The notes below the pieces were generated by a model. The model did no database searches. It saw only the letters and a program-made list of their open reading frames with translations, and was not told where the DNA came from. DNA of 64,000 bases from NCBI RefSeq assembly GCF_006345805.1, contig NC_043004.1, positions 2,666,001-2,730,000 on the forward strand, given 5' to 3'. The DNA is from Octopus sinensis (Eukaryota). The position numbers were made by a program, and so were the translations under genes. Below are positions 12,955-26,320 of the stretch, piece by piece (the first letter of the stretch is position 1; every line of letters begins with the position of its first letter).

Positions 12955-13654
12955 TGTAGTAGTAGTAGTCCGCAATAGCGGATATACGGAGAGGAGCAGT
13001 CAAAACAGTGAACAAGAGTGTGTGAGTGTGCGAAAGAGATAGTATAGTGCCAGCTGATGAGATACGGGTGGTGGATTTATGGTACATGCACAACAGTCTA
13101 TGATCAGCTGAGGAAGTCTGATTTAAACTTTCTTCGAAGCCTGCTTTGGGGCGACACAGAAGCATTCCACCGCATTTAGATTATAGGGCTTTCTTCTTTG
13201 TTCCTCATCGCAGCACTTCTTAGTAATTCTAAGAAATTTATTCTCTTTCTGGGTGTAATAACCATTAGGTTAATCTAATTTCATTTATTTTTACGTATGA
13301 CTAACTAAAATCATTACATAATCAATATATTGATAAATTAGAGTGTTCATACAGTCAAATTACGTTTTATAAAATTCGTTACAAAATTCATTGGCAAGAA
13401 GACATGAAATATTATAATCCCCCAGTTGGTCTCATTCTGTTATTTTCCACAACCGCTAAAATAGACCTACAACAGGCATTTGGTTACTGAGATGTATTTC
13501 ATTAGACCTGCTTACAATCTAATGAAACAAATAATTCCCGGTTTCTAGTAAGAACAGTACCAAAGCCCTAAAGGTAGTATCAAAGAGTGCGGAGAGATGT
13601 TCCAGCAGGATCTGGTCTAGGAGGAGCATAAGCGACCGCCATACTGTTTGAAGG

Positions 13655-13752
13655 TGAGTCATTGTGAGTCATTGTGACATCGTTGCCATTTCACAGCTAC
13701 CATGGTAACTGATGTTATTTCTTCTTCAAGAATAAATTTGAGACCTGAGTCA
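13655..13752. promoter_or_regulatory. Cluster of three AP-1 sites and an RFX X-box-like palindrome
   Basis: TGAGTCA at 13655, 13665 and 13746; GCTACCATGGTAAC at 13696-13709. Motif evidence only. Confidence 0.25.
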
Positions 13753-14400
13753 ATGGAGAGGAGTTACAACTACAGAAATTCTTCAAGCGGTTTAAATGCA
13801 CAAGTCCCCGATATCCAAATTACTAAAAAGTGTCACAAAAAGGGCACCAAGGTGTCACCACCTGGATGCGGCCTGGTCCCCTTAGAGTTTGAGGAGTTAA
13901 GAACCGAAGCACTTCCTGAATGGGGGAGGGGTTCTTCTCTCAAGACCTTCTGCTGTGCAGTTCTCTTGAGATTTTCTTACCATTCATGCAATAAACAAAT
14001 TATTTTGAATAGCAGAAATTCTATATCAGTTACAATTTATGCGAGCAACGAAATACTTAATCCGTCACTTCCATGGGTAATCAAATGCACTAGCCAAATA
14101 TAGAAAAAATATTTTGCTCGGCGGACAAAACATCGAAGGAACGTTAACCGTTTTCGATTCCCATCCAGACGCTACGCACTCATTTTAGCCACTTTCAGGA
14201 AATACGCTGCTTGTAACTACTTCCATTGCCATCATAAACTAATACTTCATGAAAGCAGTCTTTCTGATTTTCAAAAATTGTTCGTTTTTGAAAGCCCCGA
14301 GTAATGCACTTTGGATTATAGAATTGTTCTTCAAGGTATCTCAAACAGAAGCAATACATAATTTTAGTCGTTCGTTCGAAGATGGAATCCAAAATATTAA

Positions 14401-14605
14401 TTACGTGATTTATTTTATTTACATTTGACGGATACTTGTCCTCATCTTGTTTGTTGTTAACAACGTTTCGGCTGACATGAGGAAATTTCAAACCTGGGTT
14501 CCATGTTACTATTATTATTATTATTATTATTCAGAACACTGTCTGGTATCGAAATCGGAATCTTGGGGTTAGTAGCCCGCGCTCTAAACCACTATGCCAT
14601 ATGCC
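14401..14605 (-). mobile_element. SINE family C: tRNA-like head, (AAT)n, Penelope-like tail with half hammerhead
   Basis: Minus strand ggcatatggcatagtggtttagagcgcgggctactaaccccaagattccgatttcgatacc, then (aat)n, then cagccGAAACGTTgttaacaacaaacaagatgaggac. The same tail is at 39089-39212. Confidence 0.7.
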
Positions 14606-15705
14606 AAAATATACGAGAAAAATACAAATAATTACTTTTGTATCTTTGTTGACAGGATATCAAAGCTAGATCCAAAAGGTTTCTCTCCATGTTGGGATTA
14701 TCCTCGGGGGTCACACGTTTGATTATATGTCTCCCTTCGACGTTACTTATATCTCATCAAAATTACTATGTAAGCAAAACAGAAAATACGGACTTATTAA
14801 GCTCATTTATAATGAATGTGTGTGTGTATGTGCGTGTGAGAGAGAGAGTGTGAAAGAACGAGTGAGTGAATGAGAGTGTGCGTGTGTGTGTGTATGTGCG
14901 TGAGTGTGTGTGTGAGAGAGAAAGAGAAAGAGAATGTGTATATGTGTGTGCGCGTATATTAGCGTTTTATATATAAAATTCTATTTCGTCGTGCTTTCGG
15001 TCAACAACAATTAGTCCAGTGGGACACCTCTCGATAAGTGTAACTGTTGTAAGAAATAAAGTGTGTCACATTTTGGGCTGCTGCTCTGAGAACGAGACAG
15101 AGAGACAAAACGGTGTTGTCATTTTGGTCCCACAACAGTAAATGAAGAAGAGAATAAAATGAAAGAACGATATGGCCTTTTGGTGATGAGGTGATACAGA
15201 CGAGTCTGAGAGTAGGCTGAGATAATAGAGGTTGTAAAAATACAGTTTTGAGAAGGCGGTTGGACGAACAACACGGATTCACTGTGAATTTTACATCATA
15301 CATTGACAATCAATGTTGGATTCAAAGAATATCCACTCAGATGTCGAACATTCCAAAATAAAATTATTTTCCCTTAGAAAACAGAACAACAAATAATTTT
15401 TGGTCATCATTTAACAATTGTGGTTTCATTTAATATATTGAATTGTGGTTTCCTTTGATTGACTGACTGATTCGTTAGAGAACTCACTTGAAGATTGATT
15501 CTCAAAATTCTCAGGACACAAAACGCGTGGTTTTAGTTATTGAGTACTTCTGATATTTGGATCTGGGAGCTGCCCCACCGAACGAAACTAACATAAAACT
15601 AGAGCCAACAAGAGAGCCTCAACCTTTATTTTGTTCTGCAAGGTTTATCAATTTCATCTCCTTCAAAAGCCTTAAATAATTAAGAAATTCTTGATTTATA
15701 AGGTA

Positions 15706-16074
15706 CTAGCAGTATTGCCCGGAGTTGCCCGGGTTTGTTTCGACCCCACTTAGAAATGGAATTTTTGAAAAATAAAACTTTTGCATTATGTAGCTTTTCT
15801 GGTTGAAATACACCGAAAAATGGCGAGACAGCAGTCAAAAAATCGTAATAAATAGGGATTTTCATAGAAAAAAGCACCTTTTTGATGTAAATAATTTTTG
15901 GTGTTAACATGATCCGATTTGAATCTTTTCTGCTGCGGAAGGAAGAGCAAGCCTTCTTTTATCATACTCTGAATTTTGGTCAACTTGCGCCGCAGGGTTT
16001 CGGAGGAGATAGTGTTAGTTGAAGGCTACCAAACCTACCATATATAGACAACTTCGGCTTTATATAGAGAGAGA
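15706..16074 (-). mobile_element. Non-autonomous Helitron
   Basis: The minus strand starts A|TC and ends with hairpin cccgggcaactccggg followed by caatactgCTAG|T. Homologous to 20274-20634. Confidence 0.85.
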
Positions 16075-16232
16075 TTAGCCAAATTAAAAATACAGGGCTG
16101 GAACGTCTTTGGCCATAAGTCTATATTATGAAGCAGAATTGTGTCTTAGCAACATTTTTTACAACTACATTGACTGTACCATTACGTGTTCATTATATTA
16201 TCCATAAGAACCGGGAGGTGGTGGTGTTGTTG

Positions 16233-16264
<32 letters not shown>

Positions 16265-16886
16265 GGTGGTGATGGTGGTGGCGGTGGTGGTGGTGGTGGT
16301 GGTGGTGGCGGTGATGTAACTAGAACTGTGAACGTTTTGGCTGATAGGTGTCACCCTTATGAGACATAAAGCTGCAACAATCTTTCAGCTATTAAATGTT
16401 CTATTAACCTTTATATTCTACTATTGATCTTGCTATCAATATCTAATGACGTCGCTGCCTACTATTTTTCTATTCTAATATACTGACAGTCGTAACTAAT
16501 GGTTTTGTTATCTTACTGTCTTCTGTAATTGATCTTTTTCTTACTAATTATTGAACCAATTTTACTATCTATAATGATGTTGCTATATCTGTTGCCATCT
16601 CTATACTTGTGCCATAAATATTCATGTGTCTACCATCACAAGGGGTGGATGGTATTGCTGGCCTAAAGGTTACAAGTAATCTTTTTGGTTTACCAAATCT
16701 GCAAAACAAGACGGACTTGTTGTTACAGTTATTCCCCTTTAATTACTTCCCTAATGGATTTGATAAAGGCAGGAACATTACAATGGGTTCTCATCAGATC
16801 AACTAACTTAATATTACTCATGGTTCAAGTACTTTCCTCAGAACATAGAAGATCTGAAACCTTTTTTAAATAATTTCAAGTAAAAG

Positions 16887-17026
16887 TGCAGAGTGATTGT
16901 GGGGTTAAGTATCTTGCTTACCAACCACATGGTTCCGGGTTCAGTCCCACTGCGTGGCACCTTGGGCAAGTGTCTTCTACAAATCCCTTGTGAGTGGATT
17001 TGGTAGGCGGTAACTGACAGAATATA

Positions 17027-17076
<50 letters not shown>

Positions 17077-17287
17077 TGTGTCTATGTTTGTGTGTCTTTG
17101 CTTGGCTCCCAACATCGCTTGACAACCGATGCTGGTGCGTTTACGTCCCCGTAACTTAGCGGTTAATCAAAACAGACCGATAGAATAAATACTATGCTTA
17201 CAAAGAATAAGTCCTGGGGTCGATTTCTTCGACTAAAGGCAGTGTTCCGGCATGGCCGCAGTCAAAAAAAAAGAGTAAAAGAGTAAA
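16887..17287 (+). mobile_element. SINE family A, near full length
   Basis: Head ...accacatggttccgggttcagtcccactgcgtggcaccttgggcaag, internal (GT)n, 3' ggccgcagtc...gagtaaaagagtaaa. Confidence 0.9.
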
Positions 17288-18098
17288 CAGTCAGCGGCAA
17301 ATATTAAAAAGAATAATATTTATCCAATAATTATATCACCACCACATTGACTCTCTTGAAACATCCGTGCGTCGACCTTATTTAATGCCTTTATTCCATT
17401 TGTTTTGTTTTGTTTTTGTTTTTTTGTCGCTGCTTTTTTGTTTTTTACTTTTTGTTGTCACCCTGCATTGTCATTTTAAAGAAACCATTATCCATTGTTT
17501 GCATTTCGACACGGATATACTGTCAGTTAAATCAAGTTATCGTGTGCTGGCCACATTGCGTTCGCACCTCACTATTGTTTCCTTTAACCCACTTAACATT
17601 TCTATTCGTTTTACGAAGCCCTTCATAAAAGCAAGCCTGGAAATGCATTCAACAGTCAGCAGTTTCTATGGCATTGGAGTCGGTCAGCGGCCCACTGGTG
17701 TTGGGCCGAATTATCCTTGTACGGAGGGTCTCTCTTTCCTAAAGTGAAACGGCATCGTAAAATGGAAATACATTCTACTAGGTTGCATTTCTGGACGTCG
17801 AATCGAATGCTCTTATTGCTATAACGTGAAGGTAGGCTTTTGAAAATTGAATTGTATTAATTGAACTAGATACAGAATTAGCGTCTTATAAACTATATGC
17901 AGGTATATATGAATAGATAAATATATAAATATATATGTGTGTGTGTGTGTGTGGTGTGTGTGTGTGTGGTGTGTGTGTGTGCGTATAGTAAATCCCCCCC
18001 CCACAAAAAAAACGAGGAACAAACACAAAAGAGATGACAATTCTAGGACGTAGTACATGTATCGTGTTACCAGACGCCGAGAGAAAGAAAGAAATATG

Positions 18099-18133
18099 GT
18101 TCAACGTTTCGAACAGAGCTCTTCTTCAGAAAC
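18099..18133 (-). ncRNA. Minimal type I hammerhead ribozyme motif with intact core, inside a Penelope-like repeat (~18055-18210)
   Basis: Minus-strand RNA GUUU-CUGAAGA-A-GAGC-UCU-GUUC-GAAAC-GUU-GAAC. Stem I GUUU/GAAC, stem II GAGC/GUUC, palindromic AACGUU in place of stem III. Confidence 0.55.
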
Positions 18134-18226
18134 AGAGGTAAGTCCAATAGAAAAAGAAGACGGAGGAAGAAAATCGCCAACGATTTACATGTTACATTTT
18201 TACTCAAACACAAACACACAGACACA

Positions 18227-18323
<97 letters not shown>

Positions 18324-18939
18324 ATAAATAACTTTTGATAAGTTTGATAGGTTTCGGCCAGTATAGACCCAGGCCATGTCTAACTTAATAAGCACCACCT
18401 GGTGAAGTCTTTTAGTCATATATGGGGCAATATGGCCCTCTCTAGCAAAGAGTTATTACTGTTGGAGGCATATCCGGGATGTTTTGGAAAATTTGTACAG
18501 TGAACTTTTGAATTTTATGGGACCCGTTTCCGTTTTAACGTATTTTGGTATGGTATTAAAGAGAGCTGGCCCTGTTGAGGTAAATTAGTTGTGACGTAAT
18601 GTTGCTATGTGTCCTGAGTTCGATTTTTGTAGTGGGCGGATAGCACGGGGCCAAATCTTCAATCTTCAGCACCGACATCATTTGTGCAATATTGATGGAA
18701 TATTTTCCACATCACACAAATGATGTAGCGCTCCTGGCGGCGTTGGAGAGAGTAGAGATTATGTTTATATATATATATACAGTCGTATATACTATTTACA
18801 GGTTTCCTCACAGCCTTTAAACTCACAAATATTTCGTTGATTCATGTAACTGAATACCTGTGCTACCTGGCACCAGTTTAGATTCTCTAATCACAAGAAC
18901 TGAATATAGTAGATTCGAAACTAAATTCTTTGCTATTCC

Positions 18940-19110
18940 AGGCACAAGGCTCGAAATTTTGGGGGAGCGGCAAGTCGATTAGATCGACCCCAGTACGTAA
19001 CCGGTACTTAATTTATCGACTTCGAAAAGCCGAACGGCAAATTCGACTTCGGCGTAATTTGAACTCAGAACGTAAAGACAGACGAAATACCTATTTCTTT
19101 ACAACCCACA
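18940..19110 (-). mobile_element. SINE family B fragment
   Basis: gatcgaccccagtacgtaaccggtacttaatttatcgac...gaatttgaactcagaacgtaaagacagacgaaatacc. Confidence 0.85.
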
Positions 19111-20232
19111 AGGGGCTAATAGTTGATGACACTCACTGTTACAATCATTGTTGTTGAGCAACTTCAGATAAAGGCAAACCGAGAGACTCTAATCACATAC
19201 GTTCCAGCCACGACCTTCGATCACAATATGTCTTTCGTTTCCTTTATCAAGTGAAGCCGTGGTGAGATTATGAAATGTTTAGCTACTATTTCTAGTATAT
19301 CGACTACCCATATAGGCGCCCCGCTCGTTAAATTCATTAAGATTATATTGAAAGCATGCTTGCGGCCTTGTTGGAGCATCGAGCGAAATTCGTTGTGATA
19401 ATGATTCAGACTTGCTTTCTTGTTTCAATACCCGTCTGTTTTGGTTTCATCCTTCGGAATCGATAGAGAGATATATTACTAAATTACTGGGGGAAACAGG
19501 TGATGTTATGAGGTCGCTGGATGGGATACTTTGCGGAATTAGATTCCGCTGTTTGGTGCCCAGTGTTTAAAACTTCCTTTGCACCAATTTTGGTGATGCA
19601 CTTTATCTGCGGTCTGAATTAAAGCAGTCACCTGGTCCTTAGGTATTTCTGCTGGCCCTATAGATTGTCATGTGCACAACGCTCTTGGTCATTTAAATAA
19701 TAATACTGACTAAACAATAATACTGACTAAACAAATATCAGTCAATACCTATGTCCTTATGTATTACTTTGATAATGTTGCTAATAAGACATTGATATGG
19801 TGAACAATATCAATACTGCCCTGGCAGAATTGTTAGCACGCCGAACAAAATGCTTAGCTGCATTTCGTCCGGTTTTACGTTCTAAGTTCAAATTCCACCG
19901 AGGCTGACTTTTCCTTTCGTCTTTTCGATGGATGTAATTGTCCAAAATTTGAAATCAATATTAACCTATTAGTATTTAGAGAGGTCATATGTGGCTTTAT
20001 CCAACCCAAATATTCTTCTTGTTCTATGCTCAAAACAGACGGATCTGGCTTCTCACACCTACCCTAAAATGTAATTCCAAAATTATAAATTTTAAACAAT
20101 GTAAATGAACAAGCATTGCATTTCACAGAAGAATCTGAATGCTAAAGAGTTAATTCCGATTTCCAAGAGACACCAAGCCTCAAATTCTAGGGAAGAGTAC
20201 AATCGATTATGATCGCTCACAGTTAGTAGCAA

Positions 20233-20273
<41 letters not shown>

Positions 20274-20274
<1 letters not shown>

Positions 20275-20634
20275 TAGCAGTATCGCCCGGCGTTGTTCGA
20301 GTTTGTTTCGACCCTTTAGATTTGGAATTTTTGAAAAGTAAAAATTTTGCATTATGTAGCTTGTGCGAACATTTAAGTGAACATTTTCGAAAATGTCAAA
20401 AACTTGTAAAAAATAAGGATTTTCATAGAAAAAAAGCACCTTTTTGATGTAAATAATCTTTGGTGTTAACATGGTCCGATTTGAATTTGATCTTCTACGG
20501 AATGAAAAGCAAGCCTTCTTCTACCATACTCTCAATTTTGGTCAGCTTGCGCCGCAGGGTCTCGGAGGAGATATTGTTAGTTGAAAGCTACCAAACCTGC
20601 CACAAACAGACAACTTCAGCTTTGTATATATAGA
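20274..20634 (-). mobile_element. Non-autonomous Helitron, second copy
   Basis: Same A|TC start, GC hairpin and CTAG|T end; inserted at the edge of an (AT)n tract. Confidence 0.85.
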
Positions 20635-21736
20635 TATATATTATCGGCCATATATAGTCCAACGATGTAACAGTTTTATCAATTCTTTATTGTCTGTTAA
20701 TATTTTGATATTGGTGTTCTATTCACTTCGCTGGAGATCATTTATTGAAATTAAAAAAAAACTGTTTTGATCCTATATTTCACTTTCAGTTCCGCCATCA
20801 TCACATCGAAAAAGCATTTGAAACCGTATTTGTATCAATATTTGTTGTCGACGAGTTTAAAGAGTTAGAAAATATAATTTAAATGTTTGTGTTTTTCTTG
20901 TGTGCGTTTCGTTTCATTTTCAATTTCTAACAGTCAATTATTCTTCAGAATTACTGTGAATAGGTAAAAGAAATAAACAAAAAACAAAACAAAAATCACT
21001 AATCCTTACCTTTTAAACTGAGTCTATGCATGCACGTATCTATGATTATATAGGAAAATATTTGTATTAAATGTTCATTCTCCGAAATTAAATATCATCT
21101 TCAAAGTAAATGAATAATTTATCTGTACTTGCTTGTATCTGAGGAAAGTAAATTTTACTTAGCTATTTCTAGAGTAATTTTAGTGATAAAACACAATTGC
21201 AGGTTCATCAAAGAGGGGAGTGGATATCAACGATGTCAAAAAGAACAAAAATTAAATAACGTCATAATGAGGGCCATGTCGACATTAATTTTCTTTCATT
21301 TTTCTTTTTCGGCTTCTTTGAATGATGAGAGTAAATACTAAACAATGACGTTATGTCATATCCATAAGCAACAATTACACGGGAATACATATACGTACAT
21401 ACATACATACATACATACATACATACATACATACATACATACATACATACATACATACATACACACATACATTATACATACATGCATATTCATATATATG
21501 TGAATGTATATGTCGACAATACGAATGTGGTATATGCTTCTATGTCTAGGTGCGTGCCTGCGCATTTATACACCGAGTGTTTTGCAATATGCAGTGTATT
21601 TACATATATGAATATTTGCATATGTATTGTATGTATATATCATGTGCATATTATGTGCATTATGATGTCATAATGTATGAGAGATGAAACAAAAGTAATA
21701 TGCCTACAATCACGCATACACAGATGTACGTATAAC

Positions 21737-21791
<55 letters not shown>

Positions 21792-21817
21792 ATATATGTG
21801 TATACACACACACACAC

Positions 21818-21851
<34 letters not shown>

Positions 21852-22174
21852 CAGGATGAGAGTGGGCGTAAAAGAGAAAATAAAGGAAGGATGAGCTGGT
21901 GGACTAAAGCTGTTTGTTTATGTGTGTATATATTGAGAAGACATGAAAGATGGACACATGGGAAAGCACTAAGGGGTTTAATACATTGCACTGTTAAAAT
22001 TTTATTACTATTTTCTCGTATTTTTGATTCTCGTAGTCGTCAGTACTTCTCTACCTCTACCTCTGACCGTCCCTCATTCATTCTCTCTCACGATCTCTCA
22101 CGATCTCTCCCGCTTCTTACAGTCTCATTACACGTACGCACATTCAAACAGAAACACACATACATACATATATA

Positions 22175-22214
<40 letters not shown>

Positions 22215-22415
22215 TATATATACACAAGCACACATATATTTATATATGTGGATATGTATTTATATTCTTGTATGTCTTTGAATGTGCCTGCTACAAAATC
22301 CGCTCGAGTAAATATGAACTATATAAAACGGCTACATATTAAAATGTGTAAAATGAATATGTTCAAGAAATCTTTCTTCCATCAATTAATCTCTTGGGTT
22401 TCTTTATTGCTACAG

Positions 22416-22728
22416 ATCTTCAAAACTTTCGTTCAGAAATTAGATTCTAGAAATATTTGCTCAATTTCCGCTTGTATGATTGGTGTCGACAATAAATTTT
22501 CTTGCCAAACGGACGGTGGACTGTCTCAGACCATAAATCTATCAGTGCTAGTGAGAAGGCACATGGCTGGAATTCTAACAGAGCAACGGAAAATCGATGT
22601 TAATGTCAGAAACAAATCAGTGCTGGTTTCCTGTTCAAAATACGCCGTCGACAAATCTATGATTTGTAAACGATTCTGTATTAGTGCTGATGACAAAGAT
22701 ATCTATAAAGAGAATATTACTATATACG
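22416..22728 (+). CDS. Tentative internal coding exon, product unknown
   Basis: tttctttattgctacAG acceptor, 104 stop-free codons (IFKTFVQKLDSRNICS...KENITIY) in non-repetitive sequence, G|GTATAT donor; phase 0 to 1. Confidence 0.35.
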
Positions 22729-22967
22729 GTATATACACACACACACACGCATACACACGAACACACACACACACCCATACACACACACATACAGACACCT
22801 AGAGACGCATACACGCAAGCGATGCTCGCAAATTCAATACACTTACTCATGTATATATAGATGTATATATTTGTGTGCGTATATATAATATATATATATA
22901 TATATATGTTCGTACATGTACACGAACATATCTACAGAAATATAAATAAATATATATATTATATATA

Positions 22968-22998
<31 letters not shown>

Positions 22999-23481
22999 AT
23001 ATGCATGTAAGCGTATAGATGTGTTTGTGTATAAATATATTTATTCTTACAATATATGTCTAGCAATATATATATGCAGAAATATTTACAAAACTATAAG
23101 CATTTAGTACGTCTATTTACATATATATATATACAATACATATGTACACACACACGCGCGCGCAGACATAAACATACATACATGTACACAAACACATACA
23201 TACATATATACATATATACATGCATATATACATACAACATGCATAGGACATTTGCTCTCCAGTCTCTCAATGATGATTGGCGAGGTATTTTAAGAGAGTA
23301 ATTCGCGCCTCGGAGTCAGATTACATGTAAAAAGAGAAACCTACAGATTTATTTGATGCAGTCTATTATTTATTTATGGCCTGTGGAATTTAGCTTAATA
23401 GCACACACTCAAACACGTTTTAAACACACTGCCCACACAAACGCATACACGTATTTTTATTGTATAGATATATGCGTATAC

Positions 23482-23514
<33 letters not shown>

Positions 23515-23742
23515 TATATATATTATATATATATTATATATATATATATATATATTGTATGTATGTATATAGCTGCCAGACGAACGATAGTGGGATAGTC
23601 CGATTAGCGACTCACACAAACTCAGCTTTGAACATACGATATCGTATTTCTCTCTAGTCAACAGCATTGAGTGCTTTTATTTTTTGTGTGTGTTTTTGTG
23701 TTTGTGTGTGTATGGGTGTGTGTGTGTGTGTGTGTGTCTGTG

Positions 23743-23774
<32 letters not shown>

Positions 23775-23863
23775 CGTGTGTGCGTGCGTGTGTGTGTGTG
23801 TAATTTTCTGATGCAGACAGGAAAAATAAAACCCAAAACATGAATATTTATGTATCGTATTTT

Positions 23864-23945
23864 GCAGAAGCAACAGAGTGACTCAAGGACAGATAAGTGT
23901 TACCGCACGGAAATCTCGGCCCTTGAGTCACTCTTTTGCTTCTGC
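23864..23945. other. 82-nt hairpin (~25-bp stem)
   Basis: gcagaagcaacagagtgactcaagg pairs with ccttgagtcactcttttgcttctgc with one mismatch. Confidence 0.75.
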
Positions 23946-24212
23946 TACATATTAATAAAATATTAATAAGTTTGGATGGACAATAATACTTATGCAATAT
24001 TTTAATTTTGTGTAAACATTATCGCCTTCGATACATGTCCTTCGTTAGGTTCAATAATCGTTTCTTTCAGTGTGAAGAGGCATGTGTGCAATTTTCATCG
24101 GTTTACAGACAAAATTAAACCTTTAGATGTAGTGGCAGACAAAATGCAATTATAATGAAAATACAATATACACAAAAATAAAGAAATAGGTGGGGGGGGG
24201 GGAAGAGGGATA

Positions 24213-24342
24213 TCATGTTGACTATAAATTACAATTCATTCTTCATGGTCAGATTAAGAGGAAGAAAGTGATAGACAGAATAAAAGCTTTCTTCCTTATA
24301 CCCTGACCGCAAAGACAGAATTGTAATTTATAGTGAACCTGA
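24213..24342. repeat. Short fold-back (MITE-like)
   Basis: tcatgttgactataaattacaattc / gaattgtaatttatagtgaacctga, with inner pairs ggtcag/ctgacc and aggaagaaag/ctttcttcct. Confidence 0.7.
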
Positions 24343-24759
24343 CACCTCCCCCTTTTCGCTATTTTTAAATTCTTGTATGTTGTATTTTGATTATGATATT
24401 TTCACTTTGGGTTATATTTTGTCTCTAAACCGATGAAAATTACACGCTGCTTTGGGTATTCATCCTCACAGTGAATGAAACGTACAGGGATGTAACGAAG
24501 GACTTACTTAAACAATCACCTGAGGAAGTGAATTTTACACCTTGGATGGATGAAAATGCTTACATACCATGGAAATGAGTTGAAACACTTGTAGTGATTT
24601 TTTAATAAAGAATGTCGTTCATTCCATTCGTAGAGTGATGGACAAAGGTGAAACACACAAAACTAAAAATAATGGGGAAAAGTGTATATTATGAACATTA
24701 TGATGGAAAAAAAGAAATATGAATGGAAATAGTAGAACAACGTTTTGGGTGAATATTTT

Positions 24760-24879
24760 CACCAAAGTGGAGTATTCATCCCAACAATATGGTTTCCGAT
24801 TCAGTCCCACTGTGTGGCAACTTGGGCAGGTGGATTTAGTAGATGGAAACTGAAAGAAGCCCGTCGTATATAAATATAT

Positions 24880-24936
<57 letters not shown>

Positions 24937-25105
24937 ATATATATATGTATTATATATATATGATGTTGGTGCATTTACATCTCTGTAACCTAACGGTCTG
25001 GCTCAAGAAACCGATGGAATAAGTCCTGGTTTCGATTTGTTTGACTAAGTGAGGTTCTCCAGCATGGCCGCAGTCAAATGGCTGAAGCAAGTAAAAGAAT
25101 TGAAA
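24760..25105 (+). mobile_element. SINE family A with internal (AT)n
   Basis: cagtcccactgtgtggcaacttgggcag...gaaactgaaagaagcccgtcg(TA)n...ggccgcagtcaaatg. Confidence 0.8.
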
Positions 25106-25110
25106 GGATG

Positions 25111-25640
25111 GTGAGCTGCCCGAATCGTTAGCAAGCCGGGCAAAATAATTAGCGGTATTTCGTCCTTTTTCATGGTCTAAGTTCAAATTCCGCCGAGATC
25201 GACTTTACTTTTCATTCTTTCGGGGTCGAGAAAATAAGCACCACTCCAACATTGGTATCGATGCCATCAATTTGCCTCCTTTCACCGACTTCGCTGGCCA
25301 CGTACCAAAATTTCAAACCATTATTATCCAATGTAACCCCTCACAGTGAGTAATAAGGATAGCCAAGGCGGGAAATCTTTTTTTTTTATTTTGGTGTTCC
25401 TCATCATGGTTCGTTTGGAGATAAACAATAACTATAAGAACATCATTATTAGTCAATGTTAGGCGTCGAGTTAGCACACTCTTTAGCACGCCGGGTTCAA
25501 ATTCCGCCGAGGTCGACTTTGCCTTTCAACCTTTTGAGGTCGATAAATTAAGTGCCAGTTGAACACTGGGGAAGATGTAATTGACACATCTCCTTCACCC
25601 AAATGGCTCCTCTACTGGCAAATTTTGAAACCATTATTGG
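25111..25640 (+). mobile_element. Two SINE family B copies
   Basis: gttcaaattccgccgag...gtcgactttgcctttca...gtcgataaattaagt occurs twice. Confidence 0.8.
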
Positions 25641-26320
25641 TCAAGGTTAAAGTTTCTTTTTTTATAAATTCTTTTCATTTATCTAACATTATACTTGACT
25701 AAGTTAAATACATGAACTGACACATTTCCGATATCCTCCCAAAACCACTTGCTATCACTTGCAACATTTTGTCATCTCACATTATCAACATGTTCCATGC
25801 CAACATTAAGCTTATACCTAATTAAAATAATCCAATATGGCAGATCCATTTAATATTCACGCCAATAGTTTGTGATAATCAGACGAAATATAACATTGCT
25901 TACTCACAATTACTGAAATGTCTGCTTTGAAATATCATAATCCACCAAAAGTATGAAAATGAAATTCATTAAGAAGGTGTGTTGCGTTATATTTGGTTTG
26001 TTATTTTACGTTGAAAGATATAAAAAGAAAAAAACTAACAGAGGTAAATTCAATGAAGAATTATTTCCTAGCCTTGTTTATTATGAGATAATGTGACAAG
26101 GTTCTGACTCATAAATATATACGCCATATATCCTAACGTTTTCCTTTGTGATCTAAAGTAACGTGTCTTGTTTAAGTAAATAATTTAACCTCTAAACTGA
26201 TAAATGGGTGCATAAACAGTGCTAACAAACAGTAACATGGTACTCCTTAACGAATTGGTCGTCAAATAGTCGTCATTTGATCTAAAATTTCTCACTTACC
26301 CATCTCATTGTACTTTACAG

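Noticed and set aside
14540-14605. Possible tRNA gene
   Set aside because: The acceptor stem and T-arm are degenerate and the sequence continues into a repeat body, so it is a SINE head. No bona fide tRNA, rRNA or CRISPR array was seen in the window.
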